This document shows, piece by piece, positions 30,120 to 36,060 of a DNA stretch of 36,060 nt (position 1 is its first letter; each line of letters begins with the position of its first letter). The notes below the pieces were generated by a model. The model saw only the letters and a program-made list of their open reading frames with translations. It searched no databases and was not told the DNA's origin. Source of the stretch: Promethearchaeota archaeon (GTDB lineage Archaea; Asgardarchaeota; Lokiarchaeia; Sigyniarchaeales; SOKP01); assembly GCA_048938895.1 (NCBI GenBank), contig JBHLLU010000041.1:1-36060 (forward strand), in the 5' to 3' direction. Made by a program: the position numbers and the translations under genes.

Positions 30120-30147
30120 CAATAATAAGGTTTTAAATTAATTATTT

Positions 30148-30483
30148 ATGTCGGCTTATTTAGAGAGAGATAAATATCTTAAAGACCTGAGATCATTACG
30201 AAATAATAGTGTCAAATTTCAAGCCCCATTGATTTTACGAATGTATGGTGCCTTAAATAAAGCTAATATGAGAAAAGAAAATAGATATATTTTATGCAAT
30301 TTTCTTGACCAACATAGCGACTGTATAAAAATAGAGGATATTTATAATTCTAATAATAATTCTAGTTTAAATCAGTTACTTCTTTTTGCGCTGATTAAAG
30401 CTAAAGAGTTTAATTTACTAAACGCGCTATATGAGGAATACCTCAACTCTATAGATGCTATTAATAATAAAAAACTGAGATAA
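30148..30483 (+). CDS. Hypothetical protein
   Basis: 111-aa ORF with a TATA-like element about 25 nt upstream; no motif recognised. Confidence 0.7.
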   Translation: MSAYLERDKYLKDLRSLRNNSVKFQAPLILRMYGALNKANMRKENRYILCNFLDQHSDCIKIEDIYNSNNNSSLNQLLLFALIKAKEFNLLNALYEEYLNSIDAINNKKLR

Positions 30484-30540
30484 ACTAGTCAAAATTAAGC
30501 CTAATGGTCTAGCATTAAAAATAAGAAAAATATAAAAAAA

Positions 30541-31236
30541 CTAGATAAAAGTAATATCTTGATATTCAGAGTCTCCGATATCTTTTTTGGCCACTCCAAG
30601 ATCTCGAACTTGTTGATTTAACTTTAAAACTGCATCTCTTACGATTTCTCTCCGTTTTGCTCCGGTACATACAATTCTTCCAGTACTAAAAATTAAAAAT
30701 ACTGTTTTTGGATCTTGCATACGATAAATCAATCCTGGAAATACTTCAGGTTCGTACATAGCATATTCCATTACAATAGCAGCCATATTTAAGTCAATAT
30801 TAGTATGAAGATCTCCAGATGCTACAATATTTTGAATAGTGATTTCGGGATTTGATAATTTTATTCCTGCTTTTCTTATGTTTTTTACAACCTTATCAAC
30901 CACTCGTTCTGCTTCTGCTGCTTGCCTTAATCCTGTGACTACCATTTTTCCTGTTGAGAAGATAAGAATTGTTGCTCTAGGTTTTTCAATTCGCATTACA
31001 AGACCTGGAAAACGTTCTGGGTTATATTCTACTTCTGCATGACGTCTCGCAATTTGATTAAGATCAATTTTTTCAGTAATCTCGACTGTAACTGTTGCCA
31101 CTACGTTTTCAATCTTGTAATCTAAGTCTTTTTCATAATCATACTCTCCTTCTTCCCCTTCTTCCCCCTCTTCATCGAGATCGTACTCATCCTCATCTTC
31201 AAATTCATCATCAAATTCATTTTCTTCTTCTGACAT
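30541..31236 (-). CDS. tbp: TATA-box binding protein with a long acidic N-terminal extension
   Basis: Two repeats: IENVVAT...YNPERFPGL...LIFSTGKMVVTG and IQNIVAS...YEPEVFPGL...LIFSTGRIVCTG. Confidence 0.98.
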   Translation of the reverse strand: MSEEENEFDDEFEDEDEYDLDEEGEEGEEGEYDYEKDLDYKIENVVATVTVEITEKIDLNQIARRHAEVEYNPERFPGLVMRIEKPRATILIFSTGKMVVTGLRQAAEAERVVDKVVKNIRKAGIKLSNPEITIQNIVASGDLHTNIDLNMAAIVMEYAMYEPEVFPGLIYRMQDPKTVFLIFSTGRIVCTGAKRREIVRDAVLKLNQQVRDLGVAKKDIGDSEYQDITFI

Positions 31237-31458
31237 AATAATCTTAAAGTGATAATTGAGAATTAAAAATTGAGAAATAACAAAATATTCTATTTTGAAT
31301 GGTTCTTATGTTATTTGTATTTAAATAAATCCTCCTTTATAAAGGTGGTAGATTTATCGACTGTATAAGCTTAAATCCCTTAATTTTGAGACTAATAGTA
31401 ATATTTTTGCTTTTTTTAGAAAAAGATGATGAAAAAGAAATTCTCGTAGGTAAAACAT

Positions 31459-31986
31459 TCATCTATTAGTAATTTTATCTAAAATACGTTTTGTTAACTT
31501 AGAAAACATATCTTCAACATTTTGACCAGTTTTAGCAGATGTAATGACCAATTCCATATTATTATTACTGGCAAATTTAGATGCTTCACTTTCACTGATC
31601 TTTATTTGATTTGCTAAATCAGATTTGTTACCTATTAATAATAACGGTTGTTCACCCCTCGCATTTTTAAAACTTTCAATCCATTCAGGCAGTTTATCAA
31701 AAGATATTCTTTCCGTTAAATCAAAAATTACTAAACCTCCATTTGCACCTTCTAAATAAAGTTTTCTCAGTGATTTAAACGGTTCTTGTCCTCCTAAATC
31801 CCAAATTTGAGCTGAAACACCACCATAACCTTCAATATGTATGTCTTTTTTAAGAAGATTTACCCCTAAAGTTTGTTTATAATTTTCCCGGAATTTTTTT
31901 TCCATAAACTGGTAAACGAGTGAAGTTTTACCAACTCCCGCTTCCCCAAGTAACACAATTTTCGTAGTATAGTCACTATCCGTCAT
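31459..31986 (-). CDS. Rab-like small GTPase
   Basis: GEAGVGKT, YKQTLG, WDLGGQ, NKSD, TSAK. Confidence 0.95.
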   Translation of the reverse strand: MTDSDYTTKIVLLGEAGVGKTSLVYQFMEKKFRENYKQTLGVNLLKKDIHIEGYGGVSAQIWDLGGQEPFKSLRKLYLEGANGGLVIFDLTERISFDKLPEWIESFKNARGEQPLLLIGNKSDLANQIKISESEASKFASNNNMELVITSAKTGQNVEDMFSKLTKRILDKITNR

Positions 31987-32112
31987 AAGATTTCCTATGA
32001 TTTCAATAATTAATATTTTTTAATATATTCAATATAGTGTTAACTTATTAATAATTTTCCTCTTCACACTCATTTACAAAATATATCTAAAACAAAGTTA
32101 AATTTGTAATTA

Positions 32113-32592
32113 TTAATCTTTTTGAAATACAATCATAAAAGTACAAAAATCTTCCCCAGTTTGTAAACTACAACCAATCTCTTGAGCAAAGCAATGGCGA
32201 TCACTCAATTTCTCTACAATTCCAGCTAACAAACCTGCTTCAAATGAACAAAAACTGCCTGTTGCTTTTATCCCTTTTTTGATAAGATCTTTAATAGATG
32301 AATGGTCTTTCATTTTTAATTCTATAATCTCATCTGTTGCTTCAGTAATCTCAATTTCGCCTAGATTAAACTGAAAGATTATATCCGTTAATTCATTAGG
32401 AATTTGAGTTACATCTTTCGCTTGCTTAACTTTTAATGTAGTTCCTAATTCATGGCCAAGGTAATAAAAAATCGCCTCTAATTGATGCCCTAATGCTAGT
32501 AATGCTCCAACTTTCATATCTCCAATAGATTTTCCATCTTTCAAGTTTTTTCTCATTTGGGCCAAAATTTTGGAGAGTAATTGTCTATCCAT
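32113..32592 (-). CDS. V4R domain protein
   Basis: YYLGHELG, FNLG.IEI, FCSFEAGLLAG...QEIGC...GEDFCTF; the C/E/C/C Zn ligands of V4R are present. Confidence 0.9.
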   Translation of the reverse strand: MDRQLLSKILAQMRKNLKDGKSIGDMKVGALLALGHQLEAIFYYLGHELGTTLKVKQAKDVTQIPNELTDIIFQFNLGEIEITEATDEIIELKMKDHSSIKDLIKKGIKATGSFCSFEAGLLAGIVEKLSDRHCFAQEIGCSLQTGEDFCTFMIVFQKD

Positions 32593-32666
32593 AAATTTTT
32601 CACATTCCTCTTTTCTTTGTATTTCTTTTTAAATTATTTTTGTTTATCTCAAACTGAATATTTTAA

Positions 32667-32966
32667 TCATAATTTTACTGATGATATAAATGCGTATAGA
32701 ATCGCATCAATAATTTCTTCTTCCGCGATATTTACTGATAGTCTTTTATCTGCTATTATTAATGTGGGAACTGAAGTGATCCGATATTCTTGAGTAAGGT
32801 GTCGATTTTCTTCAAGATCGATTGAAATTTTTTCTATTCTTAATTTTTTACCAAACATTGAAATGTTTATTCTCTTTAACATAAACTCAACTGGTTGACA
32901 TGGGGCGCAGTGACTTGATGAAAAGAACAAAATCTTGGGATAACCTTGATCAAGATCATCGTACAT
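32667..32966 (-). CDS. Thioredoxin-fold protein (CxxC)
   Basis: FSSSHCAPC and YRITSVPTLII (cis-Pro loop). Starts 3 nt after the GTPase stop. Confidence 0.88.
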   Translation of the reverse strand: MYDDLDQGYPKILFFSSSHCAPCQPVEFMLKRINISMFGKKLRIEKISIDLEENRHLTQEYRITSVPTLIIADKRLSVNIAEEEIIDAILYAFISSVKL

Positions 32967-32969
32967 TTT

Positions 32970-33521
32970 CTAAGCGTCTTTGTATTTATTATATAAATTT
33001 TTAATTATTGCTTGAAATGCTTGAAATACTCCCTGTCCTGTCTTAGCAGATGTCTTATAGTAACCAAGAAAACCTCTATCTTTTACTAGCTTTTCTGCTT
33101 TCTCATTATCTATCTTATCTTCCTTAACCAAGTCTGTTTTATTCCCAAATAAGACAATGGGGAGTTCTCCTGTGTAGTTTTTGATATCCTCATGCCAATT
33201 GGGGATATTATCAAAACTATCATCATCTGTATGGCTAAAAACAATTATAGCTGCTTTTGACCCTTTGTAAAACGTTGGGCGCATAAAATCAAATTCTCTT
33301 TGACCTGCGATATCCCAAAAAAATAATTTACAGTTATTACCTTCTATTTCTTCATCATACTTAGAAAATTGAGCTCCTAATGTTTTAATATAATCTTTTT
33401 GGAAACTTCCTTGAGTATACTTCTTGATTAGTGAGGTCTTCCCTACGGCGCCATCTCCAATCACAGTAATTTTAAAAACAAATCCTTTTGTCGCATCATC
33501 ATCTTTTCCCATATAATTCAC
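32970..33521 (-). CDS. Rab-like small GTPase
   Basis: GDGAVGKT, YIKTLG, WDIAGQ, NKTD, KTSAK. Likely start is ATG 33512. Confidence 0.95.
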   Translation of the reverse strand: MNYMGKDDDATKGFVFKITVIGDGAVGKTSLIKKYTQGSFQKDYIKTLGAQFSKYDEEIEGNNCKLFFWDIAGQREFDFMRPTFYKGSKAAIIVFSHTDDDSFDNIPNWHEDIKNYTGELPIVLFGNKTDLVKEDKIDNEKAEKLVKDRGFLGYYKTSAKTGQGVFQAFQAIIKNLYNKYKDA

Positions 33522-33676
33522 TCTGTTATTTTTTATTAAGTAATTTTCCGTAATTTATGCAATAATTACAAAATTATAAGATATTATTTTTTTATTTATT
33601 TTTATTTGTTATTAATTTATAATAATAATAATAACTCATTTTAAATGTTTACATTGATTCAGATGGCTCAAATTTT

Positions 33677-33698
33677 AATACGGAATGTGTTCCGTATT
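33677..33698. promoter_or_regulatory. Perfect inverted repeat AATACGGAA-TGTG-TTCCGTATT in a divergent promoter region
   Basis: 9-bp arms and a 4-nt spacer, between the GTPase cassette and cinA. Confidence 0.45.
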
Positions 33699-33734
33699 TC
33701 ATATTGTGGGTAATTGTGCTTATGAATTTCAAAG

Positions 33735-34232
33735 GTGAATAATGCAATGGAGAATAAGGAAAGAATAAGTAAGATTATTGAAATTTTCACTCAAAATAAT
33801 ATAAAAATTGCAATCGCGGAGTCTTGTACTGGAGGATATGTTTCACATATGATGACAAATATTTCTGGAGCATCAAATGTCTTTGAAAGAGGGATAGTGT
33901 GCTATAGTAATCAAGCTAAAATAGATTTATTAAATGTGGATCCTAGTTCTCTCGAAACTTATGGGGCTGTGTCTGAGAAAATTGTTGATCAATTGGCTAA
34001 TAACATAAGAATTCAAGCTAATGTCGATATTGGGATTGGTATTAGTGGTATTGCGGGACCAACAGGAGGCACTCCTGAAAAGCCAGTGGGTACTGTTTTT
34101 ATTGGATTTTCGACTAAAAACGAGACCATTGTTAATAGATATACTTTAAATGCAGATAGGGAAACCTTTAAGAAATTGGTTTTACAAAAAATTCTTGATT
34201 CTTTGGAGCAGAAAATGAATATAGAAAAATAA
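33735..34232 (+). CDS. CinA C-terminal domain / NMN deamidase (PncC-like)
   Basis: AESCTGG, SGAS..F, YSNQAK, GAVS, SGIAGPTGGTPEKPVGTV. Likely start is ATG 33747. Confidence 0.93.
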   Translation: MNNAMENKERISKIIEIFTQNNIKIAIAESCTGGYVSHMMTNISGASNVFERGIVCYSNQAKIDLLNVDPSSLETYGAVSEKIVDQLANNIRIQANVDIGIGISGIAGPTGGTPEKPVGTVFIGFSTKNETIVNRYTLNADRETFKKLVLQKILDSLEQKMNIEK

Positions 34233-34244
34233 ATTCTTCACCAT

Positions 34245-35426
34245 TTAGACTAATTTACCATTCTCCATTATAGTTTTCTCTGAATTGTTTTTGTATTCTA
34301 CTTTAATATTTGCAATTGGGGCAGTAACAAAATCCCAATGCATCTGGGACGTTGAGGTTCCTCCAAAACTCTTATTAAAACCAAAAGCTACATGAACGCT
34401 TCCGTTTATCTTTTCATCTGTAAGGATATATCCAATCGCCTTAGTAATCATAGGATTACATCCAATCCCAAGTTCCCCAACATTATAAGTTCTAAGTTCA
34501 GGGACATTGTTTGCTTTATCTATTTTTTCACTTTGTTTAAAGGCTTCAATTAAAACATCTAAATTAGAGTCTGCAGTAACTTTTTCCAAGATTAATTTAC
34601 CCTCTTTAAAATGCAATTCCACATTTTTTACAAATTTTTGACTATATCTTTCTCTAGTTATAGGGCAGAAAAGGGTACCTTCCCCTTGAGTTTCAATAGG
34701 AGCGAAAAATACTTCTCCCGCAGGTAAATTTCCTCCTAAATCCCCCAAAGCAATTTGTTCTTCTGATAGTTTTCCATCATCTAGAATTTTTGTACGATTC
34801 TCTACGGATATCCAGAAATCTGTTCCATTATCATCCCTTACATATATTTTTTTTGCATTTTCGAACTTATCTCCTAAATTCTTTACTATTGAGGTAAATT
34901 CTTCAGATGGAATGCTCATTCCATCAACAATAAATGTTTCAAATAATTTATAATTAATATTGAAGAATTTGGCGGCTTTTTTAGAAGGCCACGCAGCATA
35001 ACACCATTTCTTACCCGGGGCATATTCATCTGTAAATCCATACAATATATCTCTCAAAGGAGCTACTGATTTTTGATAAGCTTCAAGTTTTTCTTTTGGG
35101 GCTTTGTTTCGAATCACAGGATTCTCTGGATATTCAATAACAATGTATGCATCGATTCTTTTAAGCATTTCAAGAAAGGGTTGTCTTGTATTTTCTATTG
35201 TTTTAGCTTTAATTCGTTCATCTTGCCATTGCATTTCTTCATAATAATCACTTGTTGCACCAATATGGGGAATTCCTCCTTTTCTAAGAACGCTTAATCC
35301 AATTTCTTCCAGAAGCTCTTGGCTATATGTATTACCTTTTATATAGACAAATTCGCCTTCCTTTTGTATATTTATACTTCGAGCAATGTTTTCTGCACAG
35401 GATTTAATTTTTTGTTTATCAATCAT
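34245..35426 (-). CDS. M29 family aminopeptidase (AmpS/AmpT-like)
   Basis: NLPAGEVF.AP, GELGIG.N, IL.DEK..G.VH.AFG, S.MHWD. Confidence 0.93.
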   Translation of the reverse strand: MIDKQKIKSCAENIARSINIQKEGEFVYIKGNTYSQELLEEIGLSVLRKGGIPHIGATSDYYEEMQWQDERIKAKTIENTRQPFLEMLKRIDAYIVIEYPENPVIRNKAPKEKLEAYQKSVAPLRDILYGFTDEYAPGKKWCYAAWPSKKAAKFFNINYKLFETFIVDGMSIPSEEFTSIVKNLGDKFENAKKIYVRDDNGTDFWISVENRTKILDDGKLSEEQIALGDLGGNLPAGEVFFAPIETQGEGTLFCPITRERYSQKFVKNVELHFKEGKLILEKVTADSNLDVLIEAFKQSEKIDKANNVPELRTYNVGELGIGCNPMITKAIGYILTDEKINGSVHVAFGFNKSFGGTSTSQMHWDFVTAPIANIKVEYKNNSEKTIMENGKLV

Positions 35427-35556
35427 AAATTTTTAAATAATGCAATTATAAAAAAATCTTATAATTTAGCCAATGCCAAAGAGTTTATTAAAATTAGTAG
35501 GTATAATTAAAGTATTGATAATAGTATTTTATGATTAACATCTCTCCTAATTCAAG

Positions 35557-36060
35557 ATGGTTGTCCGAGAAGCTGGATTAATGTTCAGGGGATTTACTTT
35601 AGTAAAGAAAACATTCCATAAAACAGATAAAGGAAAAATTGATATCGATCTCCGAAGTGGGTTACTTGAGGCTATTATGTCCTTTGCAGAAACAGCATTT
35701 AGGAAGAGTTCTGTAGAATATTTTCAAGGTAGAAAATTCATTATCGTCTTTACTAAGGAACAGACTATGTCAAATGATGGTATTGAACCTGAAAGCATTA
35801 CATCATATGCAATTTTGGATAGAGAAAAAAAAATAGAAAAATATATCAATAAAATAATCCAACCTTTATTGAAAAACGTGCTTGATGAATTTTTATTAAT
35901 AAATAAAGGGAAGAATTTATCAGAAGTTTCTCAATTTAAAGATTTTAAATCTAGGATAGAAGAAATATATGGAACAGATACCAAGACTGTAGATCAAAAA
36001 CTAAAGGGTATTTTTACCGATTATCGTTTCAATAATAGCTATAAGGACGATAATGACTGA
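35557..36060 (+). CDS. Longin-like domain protein
   Basis: REAGLMFRGFTLV...DLRSGLLEAIMSFAETAF...VEYFQG.KFIIVF...YAIL, then helices. The stop codon falls at the last three bases of the window. Confidence 0.6.
   Translation: MVVREAGLMFRGFTLVKKTFHKTDKGKIDIDLRSGLLEAIMSFAETAFRKSSVEYFQGRKFIIVFTKEQTMSNDGIEPESITSYAILDREKKIEKYINKIIQPLLKNVLDEFLLINKGKNLSEVSQFKDFKSRIEEIYGTDTKTVDQKLKGIFTDYRFNNSYKDDND

Noticed and set aside
32667-32966. Thioredoxin-like gene (and other TGA-ending ORFs such as 19069..19632) as selenoproteins
   Set aside because: The active site is Cys-x-x-Cys. The TGA codons fall at natural domain ends with only short, non-meaningful read-through, and I saw no convincing SECIS.

Overview
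AT-rich archaeal DNA, most likely from an Asgard archaeon (Lokiarchaeia/Promethearchaeota-like). The evidence is four Rab-like small GTPases without prenylation tails, several longin/uDENN-like and V4R proteins, archaeal TBP, Cdc48, PSTK and a tetraether lipid synthase (Tes/GDGT-MAS). Most of the window is housekeeping and metabolic genes (cysS, ileS, peptidases, aminotransferase, HAD, SDR, CinA). The most notable observation is missing from the ORF track: a 28-aa Ile-rich leader peptide (MDVDAMSKPKNFLKSIETIVIITSIIIG, 17739..17825, minus strand) directly upstream of ileS. It is followed by three competing RNA stems and U-tracts, the layout of a ribosome-dependent amino-acid attenuator, a mechanism well known in bacteria but little documented in archaea. 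Other leads are two separate GTPase-V4R-GTPase cassettes (one including a CxxC thioredoxin-fold protein), an unassigned ~120-140 nt structured element upstream of tes, a protein with ten tandem 35-aa repeats, and an NPRL2/uDENN-like longin-wHTH protein. All calls come from motif recognition and pairing by eye; no searches or folding programs were run.
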